A stretch of 63,796 nt of DNA, counting the filler, from Octopus bimaculoides (taxonomy: Eukaryota): NCBI RefSeq assembly GCF_001194135.2. It is 6 parts of 4 records of this genome, joined end to end, with 100 filler letters (N's around TTAATTAATTAA, not from the genome) between each part and the next. Parts side by side here need not be neighbours in the genome. Positions count along the whole stretch, not along the records: positions 1 to 16,761 come from NC_068985.1; 5 more parts are not named here. One strand, given 5' to 3'. Numbering within the stretch: position 1 is the first letter of the stretch; every line of letters begins with the position of its first letter. The position numbers and the translations under genes are program-made. The notes beneath the pieces were generated by a model. It had not been told where the DNA came from, searched no databases, and saw nothing but the letters and a program-made list of their open reading frames with translations. Of this stretch, positions 1 to 10,649 are shown in pieces.

Positions 1-416
1 ACCAGGTATAGTTGTCAAAGATCATGAAGGAAAAAACTGCTTTCTAATTGATCTATCAATACCAGCAGATGACAACGTTTCCCTAAAAGAAATGGAGAAA
101 CTTTCAGAATACAAAGACCTGGAAATAGAGGTAACTCGAATGTGGAATCTAAAAACAGAAACAATTCCTATCATAGTAGGTGCCTTAGGTATAATAAAAA
201 AATATTCAGACAAATACATAACAAAAATACCAGGACTTACAAATATATATAACATACAGAAAATTGCACTACTGGGTACTGCACACATTCTACGCAAAAC
301 ACTTTCAATACAGTAAACATAAGAGCACCACAGCAAACCACAGCACATACCCAAGGCGCACAGAGCTGCGCTCGGTAGTGAAGTGAAAGCACGTTATAAA
401 AATAAAACTACTGAAC
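1..416 (+). mobile_element. 3' fragment of RLE-type (R4/Dong-like) non-LTR retrotransposon, family 1
   Basis: Translates to PDIVVKDHEGKNCFLIDLSIPAD...KEMEKLSKYKDLEIEVTRMW...IPIIVGALG...LLGTAHILRK* (PD-(D/E)xK restriction-like endonuclease C-terminus, stop at 316). A ~100 bp 3' UTR then a (AAT)n tail follow. Confidence 0.9.

Positions 417-475
<59 letters not shown>
417..475. repeat. (AAT)n microsatellite: tail of element 1 and target of element 2
   Basis: Pure AAT triplet run seen directly. Confidence 0.95.
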
Positions 476-478
<3 letters not shown>

Positions 479-1513
479 GAATGGTGGCAGAGGACTAATT
501 AGTATAAACCATTGTATAAGGAGTATTTGATACTTGCCGAGTATTTGATACTTGCCGAGTATTTGATACTTGCCGAGTATTTGATAAATAGTGATGAAGA
601 CCTGCTGTAATATGCTGCGAAAGATATGAGTGTAATGCAGATGAAATGATGGGCAAAGAAGAATTTAAGTAAAGAGCTGAGGAGAAGAGAAAAGAAGACC
701 TTGAAATGAGAATCGTGGACAGTTTGAAAGGAATACACAAGACGTTAAGGATAATACAGCATCGTGGGAATGGCTTGAGCGAGGTGATTTGAAGCGTACC
801 ACCGAAAGCCTGATCATGGCTGCGCAAGACCAGACTCTCGCTACCAATTCAGTGAAGTATAACGTCTATAAAACTTTTGATACTCAGAAGAAATGCAGAC
901 TCTAGGGAAAGGGTGTAGAAAATGTGACCCACTTGACAAGCAGATGTGAGAGCTTTGCACAATACAAACGCATCCACGATAAAGTGTGTGTATCTTCATT
1001 GGCTTTTATGCCGTAAATACCAACATGAAGTAACAGAGAACTGGTATGAGAATGTACCAAGTAAAGTTATGCAGGAGGATGGAAAAGTAACGATACTCTG
1101 GGACCAAGGTTTTTTAAGCGGGTCGTATAATTGAACACCGTCGACCGATATTGTCATATTAAATAAGAGAGACAAATACTGTCAGATCATTGATGTAGCC
1201 ATACCAAATGACATGAACGTTGTGAGTAAAGAGGTTGAAAAAAATCACCAAGCACTCCGAATTGAAAGCGGAAATGGCAAGACTGTATGTAAAAGCGATA
1301 CTAGTGGTGATCGGAGCGTTGGACTCAATCCCATTGAAACTTCAAGACTTCTTAAGGCAACTGGAACTCCCATGCAAGATTGATGTCTTGCAAAAAGCAG
1401 CCTTATTGGGCACAGCGCACATCTTTAAAAAAGTATTATCTGTCTGAGGTCCTTGTGACTTGACAGTTGACTAAAGACTCCGGTGCATTTTTACCTGTAC
1501 TGTGTTACGAAGG
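476..1513 (+). mobile_element. 5'-truncated, degraded RLE-type (R4/Dong-like) retrotransposon, family 2
   Basis: Starts right after the AAT tract with KKNGGRGLISI. Continues with RTTESLIMAAQDQTLATN, the CCHC knuckle region (KKCRL..ENVTHLTSRC), KVTILWD, PDIVILNK..IIDVAIPND and LQKAALLGTAHIFKKVLSV* (1447). Contains frameshifts and stops; the 3' UTR ends in a short AAT tract at 1514-1531. Confidence 0.88.
521..586. repeat. 18-bp tandem repeat (GAGTATTTGATACTTGCC x3.6) inside RLE element 2
   Basis: Identical adjacent units at 521, 539 and 557 plus a partial unit at 575; no spacers. Confidence 0.95.
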
Positions 1514-1531
1514 AATAATAATAATAAAAAT

Positions 1532-2164
1532 AGGGGTGAAACGGTATGGCACATCGTTAGCGAATGTCCAAAACTGGCACAGCGAGAATACTAAAGACGC
1601 CTTGACAATGTGGTAAGAATGAACCATTGGGAGTTCTGTGGAAATCACGGTCTATAAAGATGCGATATGAGCAAACTCCAGAAGGAGTCACCGAAAATGA
1701 GAATTGCAAAATCCTGTGGGATACAATGATCCAGTGCGATCACCCGACCAGAAATCAGAAACCGGACATTGTTGTGGTGAATAAAAAAGAAAGAACATGT
1801 ATGATAATCGGCATAGCATGCCCCGGCGACAACAGGATCAATGTGAGAGAAGAAGAAAATATAAACAACTACGACGATTTGAAGTGGGAAATACGAATGT
1901 TGTGGTCAATGAGGAGAGTAGACGTGATACCAGGAGTGATTGGTGCACTTGGAAGTATCAGCTCTCAACTTCCAGCATGGCTGAACAAGTTTGGTGCAAG
2001 TGTAAAGGTAGAACATCTACTAAAGTCAGCATTGCTTCAAACTGCAAGAATTCTTCGCAGGGTTCTTGAAGCATGACCAGTTAAAAAGTGTCACCTTCGT
2101 CTGCTGGTGGCTGTGGACAGCTGACACTTTCTGTTATACCCAACAAAATAAGGTGTGTGGTTTC

Positions 2165-2167
<3 letters not shown>
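1532..2167 (+). mobile_element. 5'-truncated RLE-type (R4/Dong-like) retrotransposon, family 3
   Basis: GETVWHIVSECPKLAQREY (knuckle HxxxxC), CKILWDTMIQCDH, KPDIVVVNKKERTCMII, VIGALG, LLQTARILRRVLEA* (2076). The 3' UTR is followed by (TAA)n at 2168-2220. Confidence 0.9.
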
Positions 2168-2222
<55 letters not shown>

Positions 2223-3869
2223 TGTTACATTGTGTTTAGTCCCAGGGTGTTCATATTATATTTTTTATTTTCCGAAAATCTAAATTAAAAAACTTTCAAG
2301 TCTGACTTATTTGTGTATTTTTGTATTGGTTTAACTCGCCATAGAACATTTTTCTAATTTATCGCAAACATTTTACTTTGAAGTGATTCACTCTTTGTCT
2401 TTTTCTGTATCTGTCTGTCTGTCTGCCTCTGCCTCTCTCTCACTCTTTAAATTCTTCCTAACAGCATATTTCACTTCGTCTTGTCAATTATTTAAATTTT
2501 TAATATTTCTACAAATTCTTTTAACCGAATAATTATTTCCAAGTGCTGATATTCGTGTCCTGTTAATATTAATGTATTTTTCTATGGTTTCAATAAATCT
2601 TTATCTGAATATTTTCTCAAGAATGTTTACTTGATTATTCCTTAAGTTTATTCCTCTAAATTCTTCCCCCACTTTTCTCTATCTAAATTCTGATGAATAT
2701 AGTCTTCATGAGTTATATCTATTTCTAATTTCAATATTAGGAAATGAGTTCTATTGATTAAATATATTACGTAAAATTACTTGTTATTTCCGAGTCTTAT
2801 TTAGAAATATAAATACTTTTTTCACTGTGATGTTTATTATTTGTACTTAGCAATTTATTTTCTCCTATTTATCGTGTATTGGAATTTTTCTTCTATACGA
2901 GAAAATCATTTAATTTTCCAAATCGCAGATGATTGAATCGGTAAAGGATTGGACTAGAAACCGAAGCATCGATGGTTCGTATTTTGTCTAGTAATATGTA
3001 GATTCTATCGTCAATGCAGTTAACTCACATCGGTCTAGTCCACCTCGGTGGAGAATATTACCTAGCAGGAAATAGAGTTTAATAATAAAATAGAGAAGTA
3101 GAAAATCAGACATAAGATATAAGGGAACAAAATGTCCGGAGAAGAAGATACAAATAAATTACATAATATAGAACATTTAAGAAAAATTTAGAGACCTCTC
3201 CTTCTATAAATAGCTAAGTCGAACAATAAGCCTGCTATAAGCAAACTACTATAAGTGGTAGGAACATTATATTTACGGTGTGTTAACAGTTCTGAGAAAA
3301 AGCTCATTCTATGAGTCCCTAGCAGGTTAGAGGAAGGTGCTTTGGTGCTCAGTTGCAGGTACGAATTCCTAATAATCTCAAAATATCTCAATTGGTTAAG
3401 TCATTTGGTGTGGAGAGTAACCAGTATTTACCCGTACAAATTGTGTTGGCGTACTCCGCTATCAACTTCCTCTGCTCAACTTTTTGAACTGTGCTTTAAT
3501 TCAGAAGCAAGGTGCTACATTTCCTTGCGTTACTCTTCCATGTAATGTCACAGCACAGCTATTTCTCTGTACGCACACGTAGTTGAACCAGTGTTCAAGT
3601 AGTTGAACCATTGTTAACACTTAATGCTGTGTTAACTTTGGTTAAGGGAAAGTTTTAGAAAGCTCTTTAACAGGCATGAACCATACAGTTGTTGCGGGGG
3701 AGAGTACAATAGATTATATTGATTTCTCACCGAAACAGAAAATTACATATTTTAAGTGTGATGTTTATGGATTATATTGATCCAAATATTTTACTGTTGT
3801 TTGGAAAGTTGAAAAAATGAAAGTTGACCTACATGAAATTTGAACTCAAAACTTCAAATGCCTACTTAC

Positions 3870-4100
3870 ATCACTCTAGGATTGTGTCCTGGTTTTCGTG
3901 AACCACCAGAACCATGCAGACCCAGCATAATGACATACTATTCAGTGTTACCTCGATGCTCACCACCTGCAGTAGACCCTCATATTACGTCCTCCCATGT
4001 AATCAATCTCTGTGCCAGAACGTTGCTCCTGCAAGTTTACCTTAAGTAGATACAACAAAGCATTTAGTCCGTTACCCTACCGATTCTATCACCTACCTCC
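3870..4100 (+). mobile_element. possible degraded L2/CR1 LINE 3' fragment
   Basis: Frameshifted peptides resemble the DYCNSIL..LQxxQNxAAR..ITP.L..LHW region (HNDILFSV; NQSLCQNVAP; DSITYLRW). Heavily decayed. Confidence 0.35.
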
Positions 4101-4131
4101 GTTGGACTCGTTAATATAAAAACTTTTGTCA

Positions 4132-4326
4132 AGGTGGTGAGTCGGGAAAAATCCTTAGCGGCATTTCGTCCGTCTTTACGTTCAGAGTTCAAATTCCGCC
4201 GAGGTCGGTTTTGTCTTTCATCCTTTCGGAGTCGATAAAATAAATATCAGTTAAGCACTGAAGTCGATGTAATCGACTAGACCCTCTCCGAACTTGCTGG
4301 CCTTGTGCCAAAATTTGAAACCAATA
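4132..4326 (+). mobile_element. tRNA-derived SINE, family A
   Basis: GGTGGTGAG head, B box GAGTTCAAATTCCGCC, central CTTTCATCCTTTCGGAGTCGATAAA block. Homologous to copies at 7133, 15692, 30008, 39855-40474 and 41758. Confidence 0.85.
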
Positions 4327-4399
4327 TAAAAAAAAACTTGTGTCGCTTCAGAGTTGATGGAGCGACACACAAAATATTTTGTGCTGTTTTGTTATGTAC

Positions 4400-4548
4400 A
4401 ATGCTGTAGATTCTGAGTTAAAATCCCATCAAGATCGACTTTACTTTCCATTCTTCCTCAAGTCTATAGAATAAAGTACCAGTTAAATACTAGGGTAAGA
4501 TTAATCGACCATACCCTCCTTCAAATTTCAAGCCGTGTGCCTACATTA
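4400..4548 (+). mobile_element. 5'-truncated degenerate SINE family A copy
   Basis: TTCTGAGTTAAAATCCCATCAAGATCGACTTTACTTTCC...AATAAAGTACCAGTT matches the family A body. Confidence 0.65.
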
Positions 4549-4724
4549 TAGATATGGAAATATGTTTCTGCTGTCTTCAGATTCTTATTTCCACTGATTA
4601 GTTCCCTCACCAAAATACAGTATTACTGTTTAAATCTGTGACCCATCATAATTTCTTCTAGAAAGTTCTTTTTATTCACTGAATATTCCAGACCCATTAT
4701 AGATTAATCCTGACAATATCGAAC

Positions 4725-4907
<183 letters not shown>

Positions 4908-5276
4908 CACGCACACATTTTCTCCCACACACAAACATTAGCTTACGTAAGTTGGACGGCAGTTTCAAGAATTACGCAGGTGAGATAATTAACACATGAT
5001 TTAGCTTCAGCCTAATGTTGTTATTGATGACGTTCTGGTTGTTGTTGTTGCTGTTGTTATGTGGTTAAATATATAGATATTGGCAAAGATACAACTGTGT
5101 TTGTTACGTCATCAAGAGAGACGTAGAAGGATTCCATATATGAAGTGTGATTAACTTAAATTTTGTGACCAGTGTATGAGTTTCACATACACACATATAC
5201 ATACATCAATGCATATATACGTATGTTCGTCCATTCTTGCATTCAAACATGCATGTATACATACATACATACATAC

Positions 5277-5991
5277 CTGATGCACAAAAGGGATAGAGAT
5301 GCAGGAAAAGCCGTAAAATGTGACAACCGATGCAGACTTTGTGAAGTTGACGCCGAAGATATCACCCACACCATAAGCAGTTGTCCGAAAGTGTCATCAC
5401 GCTATTATCTATCGGTGAGACATGATGTTGTAGGTAGGATACTATACGATGAAATCCGTTGGAAGGATAAATTCGAGGACAAAGAAATAAGAACCCATAA
5501 TATGGTCGAAGCCATAGCCACTCACAATAAAAAGGAGTACAGGTGGAATGTCCCAGTGAAAACCCCAATAAAATGTAAGCACAACAGACCTGATATAATG
5601 ATTTGAGATAGAGAAGAGAAACTGTACAGTTGTGGAAATTAGCTGCCTAGCTGAAAATCAGTAAAAAAGAGAACACTTACGCCGAACAATTGAAAAATCT
5701 GCAGTTACTCTATCCAGATTACAAGCTCAGATTTATACCTGTAATTATTGGAGCTCTGGGATATGTAACACACTGCCTGAATGCCAATCTTTAGGAGTTG
5801 GGCTTCTCAAAACCAGAAAGGAGAAAGCTGAATCAAAGACTACAGATCCAATCCATCACTGGAACTGTAAAAACCTGTAAAACTTTCAAGAAATTTATCA
5901 TTTAAGTATATATGAGCATGTCTAAATATGTATGAGAAGACATACATAAAACAAAACATGCAAAGCAGCACATATACATACATACATACAT
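5277..5991 (+). mobile_element. 5'-truncated RLE-type non-LTR retrotransposon, family 4, flanked by (TACA)n on both sides
   Basis: CRLCEVDAEDITHTISSC (CCHC), RYYLSVRHDVVGR, HNRPDIMI..EEKLCTVVEISC, FIPVIIGALGYV, stop at 5903-5905. (TACA)n at 5258-5276 and at ~5972-5991. Confidence 0.85.
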
Positions 5992-6291
5992 AGGCACACA
6001 CATATATGCATAAATGCAAGCAATCATCGGCACATACACACAGGCATACTTGCATATTAATATATATCCATATNNNNNNNNNNNNNNNNNNNNNNNNNNN
6101 NNNNNNNNNNNNNNNNNNNNNNNNNNNNNNNATATATATATATATATATAGGTATGAGAGGTATTGGTATCCAGAAAACCTAAGGTAGCAGGTAAGGCTA
6201 TGTAAGTGCTATGGAAGGACCGTAGTCAAACTCTCGGTTCGATAATAATACGAGTGAGGAGTCTAATGCAGGTCTTGTATGCGCATGTGCA

Positions 6292-6508
6292 TGTTAAATA
6301 AAATGAGACAACAAAGCCAAGGCTGAGTGGAATTTTCAGGACATTTATAAAGAGAAAGTTAGTCTTACAGCTGTTTCTGGGATATTAGGGATATCGCTTC
6401 ATCAGATATCCCTAACATCCCAGAAACAGCTGTAAGACTAAATTTCTTTTTATAAATGTCCTGAAAATTCCACACACCTTTGAATTTGTTGTCTCATTTT
6501 ATTTAACA
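6292..6508. mobile_element. fold-back (inverted repeat) element, Penelope-like pseudo-LTR remnant
   Basis: ~105-bp imperfect inverted arms with a loop of ~9 nt at 6396-6404; both arms carry CCCAGAAACAGCTGTAAGACT. Confidence 0.75.
6362..6405 (-). ncRNA. type I hammerhead ribozyme motif (5' strand of stem I lost at the fold-back point)
   Basis: Minus strand reads CUGAUGA-AGCGAUAUCCCUAAUAUCCCA-GAAAC-AGCU-GUA-AGAC; palindromic stem III ACAGCUGU. Confidence 0.7.
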
Positions 6509-6573
6509 CACACACACATACTTACACACATACATACATACATGCATGCATACACCCCCACCCACATATATAT

Positions 6574-7110
6574 ACTAGCTTAAAACCTGTCCGATAGGGC
6601 GGCTTTTAAGCAACTGACCCTGAATGGGAATATCTGCAGACAGGTCTCTGACTTGTTTTGGAGAATTTTTGCAATTGCTTCCTCCAGAGTCATCCCAATG
6701 ATGATCATATTCTTCGCAAAAATCATGTAAAAAAATCGCCGTAAACAGTCGCAGTAATGAAAACATAAGAATCTCAAATTTCAGGATTGCAGGTCCGGAT
6801 TTGGCCCGGAATGATTTTAATTTACTCACGGAGTTAATCTTTAGATTATAAAAATTGTTATCAAAAAAATTTGTCGCAAAAAGTCACGTAAAAAAATCGC
6901 CGTAAACAATCACAGTAATGAAAACTTGGGAATCCAAAATTTCAGGATTGTGGGTCCGGATTCGGCCCGGAATGTTTTTAATTTAATCACGGAGTCAGCC
7001 TGATTCCAAAATGGTATGGTATGTTGGCCCACGACCTCTGGGAGTAAAGTTGAAAAGGTGTGACACATTGACACACTCACATTCACGTTTATTATATTAT
7101 ATTATATTAT
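6574..7110 (+). mobile_element. non-autonomous Helentron/HINE-like element with an internal 160-bp tandem duplication
   Basis: Begins ACTAGC followed by a hairpin (CCTGTCC-GATA-GGGCGG) and ends ...ACATTCACGTTTATTATATT. Duplicated units start at 6715 and 6875. The family call is recalled from terminal patterns. Confidence 0.5.
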
Positions 7111-7132
7111 ATTATATTAATATATTATATTA

Positions 7133-7348
7133 ATGCGGCGAGTTGGCAGAATCGTAGGTACGTCGGACGAAATGCTTAACGGTATTTCGTCTACCGTTAG
7201 ATTTTGAGTTCGAATTCCGCCGAGGTCGACTTTACCTTTCATTCTTTTGGGGTCAATAAAATGAGTACCAGTTACGTACTGGGGTCGATGTAATTGACTT
7301 AATTCTTTCCCCCAAAATTTGAGGCCTGTGCTTCCAGTAGAAAGGATT
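7133..7348 (+). mobile_element. tRNA-derived SINE, family A (full length)
   Basis: GCGGCGAGTTGGCAGAA head, B box GAGTTCGAATTCCGCC, family A body and GTAGAAAGGATT tail. Confidence 0.9.
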
Positions 7349-7444
7349 TATTCAAGTTGAAAAAGTGTGACACATTGACATTCACATTTAATATATTAGA
7401 TATGTTTAATATTAAGGAAACTTTATTTCAATTAAAGTATATTT

Positions 7445-7525
<81 letters not shown>

Positions 7526-7824
7526 TAAAGAAAGCAAAAAAAATAAAACAAAAATGAGTGTTTAGTATGTTTCGGGCCTTGTGCCTAGAATAGAAAAGGA
7601 TATTGCTCAGTATATTGGCGACAAGAATTTCTGTCAAAGAGACATTGTTAAAAGTTGTACATCACCTCCTTCTTTCTCTCACATACCTACTCGTTCTCTC
7701 TCTTTTATTATTACTTCCACTGCCACCATCAAAACTACTACTTTTAATAAAACATCATCAACTCTCCCTAAATTTCTTTGTCTCTCTCTTTCTCACCCTC
7801 TTTTTTTCTGTCTGTCTGTCTCTC

Positions 7825-9840
7825 TGACTGAAGCACACAGCTGGCTCTACGATAACTGGCACCCAGGGAATCCTCGATCGCTGGAAGCCCTATTTCGAGA
7901 GCCTACTTAACGACCACTCACGCACTCCTGACGTTCTCTTCCAAAACACCCCACAGCTCGCCATCTGCCATTAGATGTCCCCGCCGCCCACGCCTCAAGA
8001 GTTCAACAAGGCATTCGAGCGCATGANNNNNNNNNNNNNNNNNNNNNNNNNNNNNNNNNNNNNNNNNNNNNNNNNNNNNNNNNNNNNNNNNNNNNNNNNN
8101 NNNNNNNNNNNNNNNNNNNNNNNNNNNNNNNNNNNNNNNNNNNNNNNNNNNNNNNNNNNNNNNNNNNNNNNNNNNNNNNNNNNNNNNNNNNNNNNNNNNN
8201 NNNNNNNNNNNNNNNNNNNNNNNNNNNNNNNNNNNNNNNNNNNNNNNNNNNNNNNNNNNNNNNNNNNNNNNNNNNNNNNNNNNNNNNNNNNNNNNNNNNN
8301 NNNNNNNNNNNNNNNNNNNNNNNNNNNNNNNNNNNNNNNNNNNNNNNNNNNNNNNNNNNNNNNNNNNNNNNNNNNNNNNNNNNNNNNNNNNNNNNNNNNN
8401 NNNNNNNNNNNNNNNNNNNNNNNNNNNNNNNNNNNNNNNNNNNNNNNNNNNNNNNNNNNNNNNNNNNNNNNNNNNNNNNNNNNNNNNNNNNNNNNNNNNN
8501 NNNNNNNNNNNNNNNNNNNNNNNNNNNNNNNNNNNNNNNNNNNNNNATGTCCGGAGGACTTCATTGCCCTGGCCCGCTCCCTTCACGACGACATGGTGGA
8601 CAAGGTATGCCATAAAAAAACCCTCACAGACCCGTTTCCCATCACTGGGGGTCTTAAGTAAGGGCGCATTCTGGCAGCAACCTGTTTCTCTTTGTATATG
8701 GCCGCCGTGTTCAACGAAATCCCACTAGATTCGCCTTCCATCAACATCCGCTATCGCTTGGATGGCAGACTCTTCAATCTCACACGTCTCCGCACAAAGA
8801 CGAGGACCTCCGCCATCTCAGTCCGTGAGATGCAGTATGCCGACGACAATGCCACCTCGAGCAGGACCGCAAATGGCCTACAAAGGACAGCCGATCTTTA
8901 CAACGCGGCTTACGAAAGCTTCGGGATGCAAGTGAGCACATTAAAGTCGAAGAGCCTGATCCAAACTGCGCCAGGCCAGACCAGTCCACTCACGAACATT
9001 AGCATCAACGGCCAAGCCTTAGAAGCTAAACACTTCTCATACCTTGGGTGTAGCCTTTCGAAGACCCCCACGTGTGAAAAGGATGTAGAGAACCGGATCA
9101 GGGCGGCCTACTCCACCTTCGGTAGAGTCAACCAAAGTGTTTTCTTCAATCACACGCCGACCATCCGGACAAAGATTATGGTCTTCCGTGCCATTGTCCT
9201 GTCAGCTGTTCTCTACGCTTGTGAGACTTGGACGCTGTACCGCCGTGATTTCAAGCGTCTTTAATGCTTCCAGCAATCCAAGCCAAGACAGATCCTCAAT
9301 ATAGATGGGAAGATCACAGTACCAACAACGAGGTTCTTCGCCGCGCCTCACTACCATGCGTCGAAGCCACTATTCTTTTCCATCGTCTCCGCTGGGCAGC
9401 TCACGCCCAGCGTATAGAGCCCTCTCGTCTCCCGAGGATCATGCTCTACGGAGAACTTGAAATCGGAACAAGATCCAGAGGAGGTCCGAAATTCCGTTTT
9501 AAAGATCAGCTCAAACGGACCCTGGCTCAAACTAACATTCAACCATCCTCATGGGAACAGATTGCCATGGATAGGACAGTCTGGAGGACTGCTGTCCACA
9601 ATGGAGCCGGCTCCTTCGAGCAGAACAGACAACAGAATGAGGAGGTAAAACGCAGGAAAAGAAAGGAGCGTCTTGAACATCCTCGACCTGCACCGGCCAT
9701 CCTGTGTGAATCCTGCCGACGACTCTCTGACCACCGACTCCAAAGTCACATTCGGCACAAATATCAGCCGAGGAGACTGGATAGAAACTGACGAACCCAA
9801 TGCTCGGATATGAGCTGGAGACGATGACGACGACGACGAT
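7825..9840 (+). mobile_element. RTE-clade (BovB-like) LINE relic, RT and C-terminus, interrupted by a gap
   Basis: YFESLLNDHS..PPTPQEFNKAF; RYRLDGRLFNLTRLRTKT; EMQYADDN; FSYLG; LYACETWTLYR; RLRWAAHAQR; MLYGELEIGTRSRGGPKFRFKDQLK. (GAC)n tail at ~9822-9840. Confidence 0.9.
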
Positions 9841-10217
9841 ACACGCGCGCGCGCGCGCGCGCACACACACACACACACACAATAACACGCAGACACACAG
9901 ACACACAGACACAGACACACACACACACACACACACACACATGAAACGATTGTAAACATGAAATTCTCTAATAATCTAGAAAGGCAATGTTATTACATTC
10001 TGTCTTCTACTGAGTATTGGTTTGCACTCAAATAACCTTACATACTTAAATGCATTCTCCACTTTAACGGATAAATTAATTTAGACATCAGGCACACTCT
10101 ATCCCTATTGTCTTCTCACAGACTTTACTTCACCAACATCTGATAACAACATCAATTCTCAAGAGTATGAGCCCGCTATAGGGTAATGAATAAGAGGAGA
10201 AAATCTGATACGTCCAC

Positions 10218-10266
10218 TTTTAACAGACCGTTTCCGTTAGTTCTGATTGTGTACATCATCAGAAAA
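10218..10266 (-). ncRNA. candidate type I hammerhead motif
   Basis: Minus strand reads UUUU-CUGAUGA-UGU...ACG-GAAAC-GGUCU-GUU-AAAA. The core is intact but the stems are short and AU-rich. Confidence 0.45.
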
Positions 10267-10649
10267 AGGTAAAAAAGACAATTATAAAAGAAAGAAAAAA
10301 GAACAAACATCTAACAAATATTTTAAAGGCTCTGCAGAGAATGGTTCGAGAGACGCCTGTGCCATAAATTGGTTGATTAATTGATCAATTAATGAATCGA
10401 TTAAGAATGCATACCACAATGTATAATGGATGCAGTTTACTGAACGAACTGAAATATATATAAGCGATAAAGTATCGTATAAATGTGATTCTTCATTCTT
10501 TATTTCATTTCTGATATACTCTGTGCTTAATTCACCAAATTACTTATTAAGTGAGGAACTTCGGATTTACAGTTAGCACTTGTTACACGGTATAAATAAC
10601 ATATACGGATTGCAATAATCTTGATTATAGCAATCCGTATATGGATTAT

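Noticed and set aside
521-586. Short direct repeats as a CRISPR array (also 49281-49350 and 39497-39593)
   Set aside because: No unique spacers, eukaryotic context and no cas genes.
3188-3545. Short ORFs in unique-looking sequence
   Set aside because: No recognisable motifs or consistent splice signals; the lengths are expected by chance.
4560-4585. Minus-strand CUGAAGA-CAGCA-GAAAC
   Set aside because: No stem II, stem III or stem I pairing; a chance match.
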